A stretch of 32,000 nucleotides of DNA from Salmonella phage STP-SP5. The notes below the pieces were generated by a model, which was not told where the DNA came from, made no database searches, and saw only the letters and a list, made by a program, of their open reading frames with translations. The stretch is from the sequence record OR498732.1. One strand, 5' to 3'. Below, one piece after another: positions 1 to 8,726 of this stretch (position 1 is its first letter; every line of letters begins with the position of its first letter). The translations under genes and the position numbers were made by a program.

Positions 1-103
1 TTACAATTAATATCTGGAGAGAATTCGGGGAGGCTAATACTCTTCATTTCTCCTGCCAAAATTTTATTGTCATTGCTGCCCCAGCAAATGATCGTTTCTT
101 TAG

Positions 104-337
104 TTAATAAGGAGCAACACAGTTCGATGGTGACCCGATCCGGCGGTATTCATGCGCCAGTTCGTGGCACCATTGACCTGTCATTGGAAGTTTTTCTGTA
201 TCATATAATAAACTACCATTACCATCACGGTCTAAGGGCTTAGGAATAACGCCTGAATTTGGTTTACCTGTATCCTGCCCATTACCGCACGCAGTAAGGA
301 ACAGTGAGAACAGAACTAATGTAATAACTTTTTTCAT
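104..337 (-). CDS. small lipoprotein (signal peptide with lipobox LTAC)
   Basis: ORF 104..364; internal Met start MKKVITLVLFSLFLTACGNG has an AAGGTG ribosome site; hydrophobic stretch followed by LTA|C lipobox. Confidence 0.7.
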   Translation of the reverse strand: MKKVITLVLFSLFLTACGNGQDTGKPNSGVIPKPLDRDGNGSLLYDTEKLPMTGQWCHELAHEYRRIGSPSNCVAPY

Positions 338-357
338 CGTGTTCACCTTTATGGTTG

Positions 358-385
358 TTGTCAAGTTTCAATCCTAATATACTAA
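358..385 (+). promoter_or_regulatory. candidate sigma70 promoter for the tail fibre gene
   Basis: TTGTCA - 16 nt - TACTAA upstream of the ATG at 428. Confidence 0.3.
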
Positions 386-427
386 TCAGGTGTAATAAGT
401 CAAATTATATTTTAAGAGGAGAATATT

Positions 428-2782
428 ATGTCAACTCGGTTATTTGGTGTTCTTGTTGATGGTTTAAATAAACCTATTGTAAATGCAACTGTAACACTTT
501 TAGCAAAAGGCAATACTTTAACGGTTCTAACAGGTAGTGAAGCAATCTTTCGAACAGACAACGCAGGTGCATATAATATAACTGTTCAAGCTGGACATTA
601 TAACGTATATGTCGGTCCGCAAGGTTTGGAGCCCTATAAAGCCGGGGAAATTGTTATTTATGCGGATAGCCCGGAAGGTTCGTTAAACGGTTATCTTATT
701 CAATGGGCACCGGAAGAATTAACTCCTGATGTTGTCAAGCAGGTCCAACAACTTGTGGCTAACTCTGAGGAATATGCTCTTCAATCCGGACGCGCTGCTG
801 CTGCTGCTAATCTGGACGCAACAGATGCACGTGAAAGTAAAGCCGCAGCACAAAGCGCAGCAAACTCGGCATTAACTTATAAGAATGATGCTGCTGGTAG
901 TGCGGACGAAGCAAAGAAAGCGCAACAGGGAGCGTCGGGTAGCGCTAATACTGCAAACCAAGCTGTAACCATAATACAGGGCATTCAAGCAGACGTCACT
1001 GTATCAAAGCAAGCTGCGGCAGTTTCCGCAGCTAATGCAAAAACAAGTGAAACAAATGCGTCTCAACATACACAAACAGCAACAGAAAAAGCTGGTGTTT
1101 CAACAGAGGCAGCTACACGTTCTGAGAAAGCCGCTCAGGATGCTATTACTATATTAAGTCAATCTTTAAAGAAAGATCAGAACTTAGCAGATCTGGCAAA
1201 CAAAGATACTGCAAAGCAGAATTTACAATTAGACAGATTTAAACAGTCTGCGGACGAAACTATGATATATCCGTCAAGTGAAGCAAATCCTTATCGCATT
1301 ACTATTCGCCCTAACGGCGAGTGGGGTACATGGCGGGACGATACGGGCGTATGGGAAGCGTTAAAAGTTGAGGCTGGAGGAACTGGAGCAAAGGATGTTC
1401 AAGGGGCTAAAGTAAATTTCGGCCTTGGAAGCTTTAATACAATACATGGTCAAGAATCACGTATGTATTGGCCTCAAAACAATAACAGATATATATACAT
1501 CAATGACGGTGGGACATGGGGTTGTTACGATGTTGAACTTGATGGTGGTAAAAGTATTCCATTGGGTTTAGGATCTGGAGGTACTGGCGCAACAAATGAA
1601 AAAGATTCAAGACTAAATATCGGCACACCATCAGCTTATAAAACAATTCCTGATGGAACTAATATTCTTGGTTGGTTTATAGAAAACGGTGAACCAGGAT
1701 TTTTCTCTTGTGGTGAAAATGTAATCAATAAACCCGCTGATGGTCATGGCTGGTGGACTTTTGAGTTTAGAGTGAAGTCGATGGGTAGTAATGGTAAACC
1801 AACTCACGGAGTTGTAGTGGCCGTTTCCGCTGCAAATCTTATGTACATAATAACTCTCGATAATGGTAATTGGCCTCATGGATGGTATAAAGTTATTAGA
1901 GAGAATGATAATGTTCAATTGCGCGACTTGAAATTAACACAATATGATACTGGGTTTAGCGGACACCTTCAGATGTATAATATTCAAGGCAATAATCCAA
2001 AAGGTCTTACACTATTTTATAATGAGTTTCAAGATGGAGTTTTTAAGACTACACTTCGCAGTTCAAACCAAGAAAATGGAAAGGGTGCACATTTGCAATG
2101 GGATGAAGATGGATCGCTCTGGAATGTGGTAAATATGCTTAATAGTGATCTATATTTTGGACCACATAGTGTTAGAAAGCTTCATACACGACATGGAACC
2201 ATGCTTGTAGATGGTACTGCAACACCATATTACTACACTTTTGGTAATCCAGATGGTAGGCGCAGTGTTACAGAATTTGGTACAAGAGAAGACGGATGGA
2301 TTTTTTACGGGCAAGTAAATAAAGATCTATCTAAACAGCTTGATGTAAATGGTGTTGTTAATGCCACTGTACTTAACCAAACATCCGATAGGGACTTAAA
2401 AGAAAATATAGAAGTTATCGATAATGCTATAGAGAGAATCAGGAAAATCGGTGGGTATACTTATACTCTAAAAGAAAATGGTATGCCCTATGCGGGAGTT
2501 ATAGCTCAAGAAGTTAGAATAGTCTTACCAGAAGCTTCTGGATCTGTTACAAAATATACAAATCTTGAGGGACCAACAGAAGACGGTTCAACCTTACGCG
2601 GGGAAGAAAGATTCTACTCTGTTGATTATGGGGCTATAACCGCACTTCTTGTTCAGGCTTGTAAGGAGATGGACGAAAAGATCACAAAACTTGAAGATGA
2701 AAATAAAACTCTCAAAGAATCTTTAATTTCTATTGAAGATATAAAGAAAGACATCGCTGAGTTAAAACGCACAATTATATAA
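428..2782 (+). CDS. side tail fibre protein with lambda Stf-like N-terminus and C-terminal S74 intramolecular chaperone/peptidase
   Basis: 784 aa; N-terminal FGVLVDGLNKPIVNATVTLLA..., Ala-rich helical region (AAAxxATxAR..), C-terminal TSDRDLKENIEVIDNAIERIRKIGGYTYT...AGVIAQEV typical of Peptidase_S74. Confidence 0.9.
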   Translation: MSTRLFGVLVDGLNKPIVNATVTLLAKGNTLTVLTGSEAIFRTDNAGAYNITVQAGHYNVYVGPQGLEPYKAGEIVIYADSPEGSLNGYLIQWAPEELTPDVVKQVQQLVANSEEYALQSGRAAAAANLDATDARESKAAAQSAANSALTYKNDAAGSADEAKKAQQGASGSANTANQAVTIIQGIQADVTVSKQAAAVSAANAKTSETNASQHTQTATEKAGVSTEAATRSEKAAQDAITILSQSLKKDQNLADLANKDTAKQNLQLDRFKQSADETMIYPSSEANPYRITIRPNGEWGTWRDDTGVWEALKVEAGGTGAKDVQGAKVNFGLGSFNTIHGQESRMYWPQNNNRYIYINDGGTWGCYDVELDGGKSIPLGLGSGGTGATNEKDSRLNIGTPSAYKTIPDGTNILGWFIENGEPGFFSCGENVINKPADGHGWWTFEFRVKSMGSNGKPTHGVVVAVSAANLMYIITLDNGNWPHGWYKVIRENDNVQLRDLKLTQYDTGFSGHLQMYNIQGNNPKGLTLFYNEFQDGVFKTTLRSSNQENGKGAHLQWDEDGSLWNVVNMLNSDLYFGPHSVRKLHTRHGTMLVDGTATPYYYTFGNPDGRRSVTEFGTREDGWIFYGQVNKDLSKQLDVNGVVNATVLNQTSDRDLKENIEVIDNAIERIRKIGGYTYTLKENGMPYAGVIAQEVRIVLPEASGSVTKYTNLEGPTEDGSTLRGEERFYSVDYGAITALLVQACKEMDEKITKLEDENKTLKESLISIEDIKKDIAELKRTII

Positions 2783-2785
2783 GGT

Positions 2786-2814
2786 AAAGCGCGATTTCGG
2801 TCGCGCTTTTATTT
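2786..2814 (+). terminator. intrinsic terminator after tail fibre gene
   Basis: AAAGCGCGA-TTTCGG-TCGCGCTTT stem followed by TATTTT. Confidence 0.85.
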
Positions 2815-2884
2815 TCCGCAATATTTACAAAATCTTTACATTTGGATCATAGTAAATTTTATGTTAACGCGTATGCTTTACTGC

Positions 2885-2900
2885 GTAACCAGTTGGTTAC
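2885..2900. repeat. perfect inverted repeat GTAACCA-GT-TGGTTAC
   Basis: 7-bp arms separated by 2 nt, in the leader of the gene starting at 2934. Confidence 0.8.
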
Positions 2901-2933
2901 ATCCGCTTAACATTCCATATATGGAGATTTACT

Positions 2934-3640
2934 ATGTCTGACATGACTCTTTTACCTACCAATCTGGGCGGTGACGGTTTCGGTGGCGAAGCTGGTGCGG
3001 CTGGTATCGGTGGTGCTATCGGTGGTTTAATCGGTTCCTGGATTGGTAATGGCTGGGGCGGCGGTGGTTGGGCGGTCGTGGAAACTTCGGAGCAGGTGCT
3101 GTCGAAGTTCAGAATACCGTTGATACCAATGCAATCCTCCAGGCTATTAACAACGGTACTCTGCAAACCATTCAGGGTCAGAACGGTACTAACCTAACCG
3201 TTGAACGTTCAGCTGCATCCACCTATAACGGCATCACTCAGCAGAATACGCAGAACCTGCTGGCGTCCGTACAAGGTTTTGCAGGTCTGAATACTCAAAT
3301 TCAGGGTGGCACAAGCCAGGTATTAGCTGCACTTTGTAGCAACGAAGCTGCGAATATTACCCGTTCTTTCCAGGCTCAGTTAGCTGCTGAAAAATGTTGC
3401 TGCGAGACCAACCTGAATATTGAACGTCAAGCTGAAGCAACTCGCGCTCTGATTCGCGATCAGCACGCACAGGCTCAGGCTGTTCTGATCTGTGACCTGA
3501 AAGCGCAACTGACTGATGCCCGCCTCCAGAACTCCCAGTTGGCGCAAACTGCACAGTTGAGCTGTAAGATTAATCAGGTTGAGCAGTTAGTTAACTTCAA
3601 ACTGCCAACTCCTCCGACTCCGCCAACTGGCTGCTGCTAA
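2934..3640 (+). CDS. glycine-rich virion-region protein, apparently split by a -1 frame change near 3069-3073
   Basis: Frame A 2934..3197 begins MSDMTLLPTNLGGDGFGG...GNGWGGGGW; frame B 3068..3640 continues GGRGNFGAGAVEVQNTVDTNAILQ.... Frame B has stops at 2939, 2972 and 3047, so it has no convincing start of its own. Confidence 0.6.
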
Positions 3641-3660
3641 TTGTTGAGTGTGGTTAACTG

Positions 3661-3695
3661 AAGCGCCTTTCGCTCCTCCGCTTGGGGCGCTTTTA
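3661..3695 (+). terminator. intrinsic terminator
   Basis: AAGCGCC ... GGCGCTT followed by TTA, downstream of the stop at 3640. Confidence 0.65.
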
Positions 3696-3709
3696 TCAGG
3701 AGTATAGTT

Positions 3710-4075
3710 ATGAGCCACCTTAAAATTGCAACGTTGGGGTTACCACATATGAAGCTTCCAAAGGTCGCATTACCTGTTATTCGGGTTGGCGATCATAAGA
3801 AGCACGAACACGAGGAATATCATTATGATAGCTCTCATGCTCGAAGTCATGAATCTGTTTCAGCTATGGCAGATGTTCATGAACGGATGGAAAAGCCTCC
3901 GCACACTTGGGAAGCGTACCATGATAAGCCCGGCGGTTTAATGTCCATTGTTGAGATGGAATATCGTGAACTGATGGAGTGTAAGAAAGAAGGTCACCGT
4001 GAGGGTATTAAGAAAGAATTAACTGACCTTGCGGCAGCTTGCATCTGCGCTCTTGAAAAAATGAAAGATATGTAA
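3710..4075 (+). CDS. hypothetical protein (His/Glu-rich centre)
   Basis: 121 aa, good ribosome site (AGGAGTATAGTT), collinear with neighbours. Confidence 0.8.
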   Translation: MSHLKIATLGLPHMKLPKVALPVIRVGDHKKHEHEEYHYDSSHARSHESVSAMADVHERMEKPPHTWEAYHDKPGGLMSIVEMEYRELMECKKEGHREGIKKELTDLAAACICALEKMKDM

Positions 4076-4090
4076 AAATAGGAAGCCGAC

Positions 4091-4621
4091 ATGCAAAACG
4101 TTAACGCCGGAATGGGCGTAACCCAATTTAATGGGATGAAACCGAAGAACTCCATCAATATGGGCGGTATTGATTGGACGTTACGTCGGGACGCTACCGA
4201 TTCAACTACCATGTTCCCACATCAGAAAGTAAGCTGGCTTAACGCAGGCTGCGAACCAATGATGGATGGACGGGTTCACTACTGTTGGATTATGGGTGTG
4301 ATACCTCCTACACCAGGAACTATCGAACGTCCTGTCAACGTGATGTATGTTGGCTTCCACCAATTTAAGATTACTATAGCACCGAACTCGATTAGCCAGT
4401 CAGATCTTGATCGGATGCACGTATATGTCAGTGATGGTACTGATTTTGCTGGTGACTTCATTAACAAGTTTCTTGGTGTTCAACCAGAGCAACCGATCGA
4501 AGCCCGTGAGCACATCAGCCCATGGCCACCAATGATCGATCAGGAAGTTTTGCAGCAGAAGCCCGTTACTCCTGCACAACCCCAGAAAACAGCGAAGGTG
4601 AACTCAAATGACGAAGAATGA
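4091..4621 (+). CDS. hypothetical protein in virion block
   Basis: 176 aa ORF in tight array, overlapping the next start. Confidence 0.8.
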   Translation: MQNVNAGMGVTQFNGMKPKNSINMGGIDWTLRRDATDSTTMFPHQKVSWLNAGCEPMMDGRVHYCWIMGVIPPTPGTIERPVNVMYVGFHQFKITIAPNSISQSDLDRMHVYVSDGTDFAGDFINKFLGVQPEQPIEAREHISPWPPMIDQEVLQQKPVTPAQPQKTAKVNSNDEE

Positions 4622-4892
4622 AGGTATAGATAAAGTAACAGAAAATTTAGCCCTCCGTGCGCACGTAATTGCAGATGAGGGCTATGATCAATTATCAATA
4701 ATGAAATCTGCGTTTAATGATTTCAAATCACTGGGCTCTCTTAGCGGGATTATGGCTGTGATGTCTACTGGTAAACTGACGCCAAAGCAATTGGAATTAT
4801 CCCAGCGCATTGCGGTAAAGGTAATTGCTGTTCTTGGTATGGTGGAAGCAGGTAAAGCCAGCGCCGCTACCGAAAAAGAAAGTTCTCTGTAA
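4608..4892 (+). CDS. hypothetical protein
   Basis: 94 aa, start overlaps preceding stop. Confidence 0.75.
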   Translation: MTKNEGIDKVTENLALRAHVIADEGYDQLSIMKSAFNDFKSLGSLSGIMAVMSTGKLTPKQLELSQRIAVKVIAVLGMVEAGKASAATEKESSL

Positions 4893-4904
4893 AGGAGGTC
4901 TTAT

Positions 4905-5114
4905 ATGTGTGGTAATGCTTGTTGCTTAGGTAGTCCAACGACTCAATTTGGAGTGTTACAGGGTATGTTGGCGCAAAATAATTGTAAGTGCGTGACATTT
5001 CGTCCACCTGCCCCTCTTCCACTTCCACTTTTTGCTCAAGTACCCTCTTCGGTATCATCTTTTGTAGTACCTTTTGGGGCTGTTCCTTTTGGTGGTATTG
5101 TTCGAATATTTTAA
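4905..5114 (+). CDS. small Cys/Pro-rich hypothetical protein
   Basis: 69 aa MCGNACCLGSPTTQFG..., AAAGGAGG ribosome site directly upstream. Confidence 0.7.
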   Translation: MCGNACCLGSPTTQFGVLQGMLAQNNCKCVTFRPPAPLPLPLFAQVPSSVSSFVVPFGAVPFGGIVRIF

Positions 5115-5120
5115 GATGTT

Positions 5121-5147
5121 AAAGGGGCCGTTAGAGCCCCTTCTGTT
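5121..5147. terminator. bidirectional terminator between convergent gene blocks
   Basis: AAGGGGC-CGTTAGA-GCCCCTT hairpin between the + ORF end (5114) and - ORF end (5146). Confidence 0.75.
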
Positions 5148-5442
5148 ATTTGCTGGTAGTAAAGACTGACAGGATTGCAAGTGTGACAGCACCCAATCCA
5201 AAGACAGTTGCATAGGTAAGCTGATGTTGAAGTTTCACAAAACCATAATATTTTGTTGGGACTTCAACAACTCCAAAGGCCATTGCAAAGCTGGTTGCAA
5301 ACAGAGCTACTGATAAAGCCCTTAGCAGCGCTCGACTCATTGCATTGAAACCTTTCTCATTCTTGTCCCCAGTCATAACCACAATAACAATCAGTATTAA
5401 TGCAGCTACAACTAATAAATAGTCCATCAGATAAACTCCCAT
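5146..5442 (-). CDS. small multi-pass membrane protein
   Basis: 98 aa with hydrophobic segments YLLVVAALILIVIVVM, ALSVALFATSFAMAFGVV and ATVFGLGAVTLAILSVF. Confidence 0.7.
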   Translation of the reverse strand: MGVYLMDYLLVVAALILIVIVVMTGDKNEKGFNAMSRALLRALSVALFATSFAMAFGVVEVPTKYYGFVKLQHQLTYATVFGLGAVTLAILSVFTTSK

Positions 5443-5612
5443 GTTAATGTATTTCTGTATCCGCCTTTATCAACATAACGCCCTGTACGTAAGTCAAAGC
5501 TTTTCACATTAAAAGTCAATGTTCCTGGTTCATATAACTTAATAGTCTTACCGTCCCACGGACCGCCAATAAGTTTAAATGTTTTCTTTACACCTTTAGC
5601 TGATTTTGCCAT
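5427..5612 (-). CDS. small hypothetical protein with GGPWDG motif
   Basis: 61 aa KKTFKLIGGPWDGKTIKL...; overlaps next gene start. Confidence 0.65.
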   Translation of the reverse strand: MAKSAKGVKKTFKLIGGPWDGKTIKLYEPGTLTFNVKSFDLRTGRYVDKGGYRNTLTWEFI

Positions 5613-5659
5613 TATTACCTCCTGAGTAAATACCCGCCCGAAAGCGGGTATTGTTTATT

Positions 5660-5881
5660 TTATACTTCTGGTGTTTCTGGGGGTACTACATCTTCGGGGA
5701 CAATAAAGACATCCGCTAATTCTTTCAAAGATGCTTGTTTCTCTACAGACATATTATCCCAATAATAGGAATGAATGTAAATCACTGGTTTATCCCCATG
5801 TTTCCAAGGCTCTCGTTGTGAAACTTGAGACTCTGCTATGCTTACTGTAGCGCTCGCTACTGCATTTTCTTTACCAGCCAT
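5660..5881 (-). CDS. hypothetical protein
   Basis: 73 aa ORF in collinear array. Confidence 0.55.
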   Translation of the reverse strand: MAGKENAVASATVSIAESQVSQREPWKHGDKPVIYIHSYYWDNMSVEKQASLKELADVFIVPEDVVPPETPEV

Positions 5882-5938
5882 GTAAATGTACCTCTTTATA
5901 GTTTGGTGCGCTTATAACCCCCAAAAGTACACCTAATA

Positions 5939-6208
5939 TCAAGGGTTACTGAGTCGTTTCTCCAACCAGCGCACATTGTATTCAAAATAATCGCTGGTGC
6001 TCTTTGCTTTGCAAGCATCAACGATACCTAACTCACATCCAAGTTGAGTCTGTCCTATTACATAGGAATTAACTAACATACTGGATACAAGTTCTTCACA
6101 TTGTACCTTAACTGGGTGGTCTTTGCATAGTTGCTTTGTAGCGTCTGCTAAATCAACAGCATTAACCGCAGGTGAAATTAAAATGGACAGTAAAAATAAA
6201 TGTTTCAT
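5939..6208 (-). CDS. small secreted/periplasmic protein
   Basis: MKHLFLLSILISPAVNAVD signal-peptide-like N-terminus, Cys-rich mature part. Confidence 0.65.
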   Translation of the reverse strand: MKHLFLLSILISPAVNAVDLADATKQLCKDHPVKVQCEELVSSMLVNSYVIGQTQLGCELGIVDACKAKSTSDYFEYNVRWLEKRLSNP

Positions 6209-6489
6209 TAATCTTTTCCTTCACGGCAGAGTTTTTGAAGTTCCAGTTTTGCTTCAATGTTAATCTGCTGATCACCGGAATACACTTGATATTTAGCTTG
6301 GCATTCCTGACTAACCTCCCACTTGTGGTTGATGTACAAGACAGTAAGTGCAAAAGCTGCAAGAATTAAAGCAGTCACCATATATCCAATATTACGGGAA
6401 GTTTTTCTTTTCAAACGATGTCCTTCAAGACGACGGTTTAGTTCTACAGCGTCAATCTTACCTTTGTTATATTCATCAATTAAGCTCAT
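6208..6489 (-). CDS. hypothetical protein with one transmembrane segment
   Basis: 93 aa, NIGYMVTALILAAFALTVLYI; start/stop overlap with 5939..6208. Confidence 0.65.
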   Translation of the reverse strand: MSLIDEYNKGKIDAVELNRRLEGHRLKRKTSRNIGYMVTALILAAFALTVLYINHKWEVSQECQAKYQVYSGDQQINIEAKLELQKLCREGKD

Positions 6490-6556
6490 TTTTAGTCTCC
6501 TGTCATATTTGTATATCTATATTAAAACAGACCCATGAAGGATCTGCAAGTGAAAT

Positions 6557-6748
6557 TTAAAGCCAACGATAATCGTCTTTGATCTTTTTAAACCTCTTAC
6601 GGTCGGTCAGACGATCTAGTTTCACCGTTGTGCGCCTTCCGGTAGCAATGGACCGGGTGTACACTTCGTTAGTTTCAGGGAAAACAGCATCAATGTAAAA
6701 TATCCGACCGTTAGAGAGACATTTATATAATTCGTTTTGCTTAGGCAT
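6557..6748 (-). CDS. hypothetical protein
   Basis: ORF track 6557..6802; start MPKQNELYK more plausible, slightly overlapping the polymerase 3' end. Confidence 0.5.
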   Translation of the reverse strand: MPKQNELYKCLSNGRIFYIDAVFPETNEVYTRSIATGRRTTVKLDRLTDRKRFKKIKDDYRWL

Positions 6749-8726
6749 AACCCATATCCTCCAGATACTTTTCAGCTTTAGCAATATATGCTTCATAATC
6801 AATATCTTCAGGGACTTTTTCCGGCAGTGTCATGATTGGCACACCGCCTGAGCTACCAGCTACACGGTTACCAGATGCAGCGTAAATAATTTCAGGCGTA
6901 TCTTCATTCGTGCTTAAGTACCAGCGAACGACTTTCCCCAAAAACTCGCCATTCCATACCGCTCCACCTTTTACTGCGCGTAGGATAACGAACTTACGGA
7001 TGTCCGTACAATTACGGATTGTGCGGGAAACAGGCGTACCGTATGCCAAGCATTCGCATACCGCTTCCATAATAATTTCCCCGGTACAGTTCTTGGACAG
7101 GCCTGTTTCTGCAAACCATCCTTTTCTTTTAACCTCAACGACACCGTTTTCATCTGGAGTTTTGACAGCTACATAGTTGTTGACGTTTGCACTATATAAC
7201 TTATCATAGTATGTGGATTCCATTTCAAAATTTGTAAGTCCTTCCCACCATTTAATCATTTGGTTTACAAAATCTTCAGCCTGTTCCGGATACTTAACCA
7301 CAATACCATCTGTGTTCGCAGAAAGTACGGTTATCCCGTTAAGCTCAAACGCTTCAATGAGCATCAATAGAGAAAGCTGTCCTGTGATTGTTGTTTGGAT
7401 TAAAAGCTGTGGAGCATATAGTATTGACCACATAGAACCCAGTTTACCGAATGACCCATTGATCACGATTTTGAGGGTATCAGCAGTATTTTTATCCCCG
7501 CTATGCTTCGCAGCAATACGACGGTCTACGATGCTTTTGTACACCTTCAGGAACGCTGGGCCAAGCTGCTCCGGGTATAGCCCCTGATTAAGGATAATTG
7601 AAGGGTAGTATGATGTGACGTCAATATCCCTCTTTTTAATACCCGGTTCTTTACCGTAACCTGCGCATTCCTCCGAGCTATGTAGTCCCCCAATACCCAT
7701 ACGGTAAACACTGTTGGCAATCTTTATCTCCAGACCTGTGAGTGCTGGAGGAAGAGTTACACCTCCGTTATCACCTACTACGAATCGGCAGTCCCGAACA
7801 ATGTCCAGCACACTATTCATAAGCGGTGTTTGATAACGGATAAATTCAGGGATGTTATACGCATATTTAGTCCCGGGATAAACTTGCGGGCGCTGTGGAC
7901 GTACACCTGTCAAAGCTTGTATTTCATGACGAATTACATCTTCAGCAATTTGTGCATCAGAACGAGATCTTAGGTCAACCACGTATTCCTTAGACATAAT
8001 CTCACGCAAGTGGATAGGTTTCTGTAACGCTAAGAAACATTCTTCCGTCTGTACAAGGTCGTTAATACAGTACCAACGAACAATAAGCATCTGTTCAGAG
8101 CTTAACATAGTGTTCGGTTTAAATGGCAAGTCCTGCATACGACGCGTGTGGACGCGGCCACCGTATTGTTTCAAACCGCCTGAACCGGGTAGCACTTCCA
8201 TGATATCAATGTGGTTAACGTTCTGCATACGCTTTAAACGGTAACTCTTAAGAATATCAGACGGTCTCCAGTCTTCAACGATTATCTTATCTGTTGCGTC
8301 TTTAAGCTGGGCATTGGAACAGCCATTTAACGCGAGCGTAGCAATGGGCATATCGTACCCGTTACCGTTGAAGCTGACGATAAGGAAGTTCGTCATTATC
8401 CAGTTTAGTAGCAAACAGTTAAGCGAGCAACCGTGATACATTTCAAAATAAACGACCTTCTTTGTACGCGTACCGCGAAAGGCAATTAAGAAATAATTCG
8501 GATAACATTCGATATCGTATACAAGCGGTTCCCTGTTTATCCAGGCTTGAATTAACTCATCCTGTGTATAAAGGTTGTATTGATAGTTGCGTGCTTCCTC
8601 AAGGTTAGGAAGATAGTCCGGACGCTCCCATGTGCGTTCCGGCGGCAGACGTTTAACCTTTTCTTTCTTTACTTTTGGTTCAGGTGGCAAGTCTTGCCAA
8701 AAGAAACCAATTGCGTCTGTACGCAT
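6741..8726 (-). CDS. family B DNA polymerase
   Basis: Exo I YDIECYPN, exo II SFNGNGYDMP, exo III YCIND; motif A DVTSYYPSIILNQG; motif B LKIVINGSFGKLGS; motif C VLSANTDGI. Confidence 0.88.
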   Translation of the reverse strand: MRTDAIGFFWQDLPPEPKVKKEKVKRLPPERTWERPDYLPNLEEARNYQYNLYTQDELIQAWINREPLVYDIECYPNYFLIAFRGTRTKKVVYFEMYHGCSLNCLLLNWIMTNFLIVSFNGNGYDMPIATLALNGCSNAQLKDATDKIIVEDWRPSDILKSYRLKRMQNVNHIDIMEVLPGSGGLKQYGGRVHTRRMQDLPFKPNTMLSSEQMLIVRWYCINDLVQTEECFLALQKPIHLREIMSKEYVVDLRSRSDAQIAEDVIRHEIQALTGVRPQRPQVYPGTKYAYNIPEFIRYQTPLMNSVLDIVRDCRFVVGDNGGVTLPPALTGLEIKIANSVYRMGIGGLHSSEECAGYGKEPGIKKRDIDVTSYYPSIILNQGLYPEQLGPAFLKVYKSIVDRRIAAKHSGDKNTADTLKIVINGSFGKLGSMWSILYAPQLLIQTTITGQLSLLMLIEAFELNGITVLSANTDGIVVKYPEQAEDFVNQMIKWWEGLTNFEMESTYYDKLYSANVNNYVAVKTPDENGVVEVKRKGWFAETGLSKNCTGEIIMEAVCECLAYGTPVSRTIRNCTDIRKFVILRAVKGGAVWNGEFLGKVVRWYLSTNEDTPEIIYAASGNRVAGSSGGVPIMTLPEKVPEDIDYEAYIAKAEKYLEDMGYA

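Noticed and set aside
1-100. Partial gene at the left edge of the window
   Set aside because: No sufficiently long or recognisable coding frame could be supported from the 100 nt available.
3050-3090. Canonical programmed -1 ribosomal frameshift
   Set aside because: No X XXY YYZ heptamer in the zero frame; an indel in the G-run or non-canonical event is more likely, so only the frame disruption is reported.
2897-3166. 89-aa minus strand Pro-rich ORF
   Set aside because: Antisense of the glycine-rich + gene; Gly codons read as Pro; no ribosome site or context.
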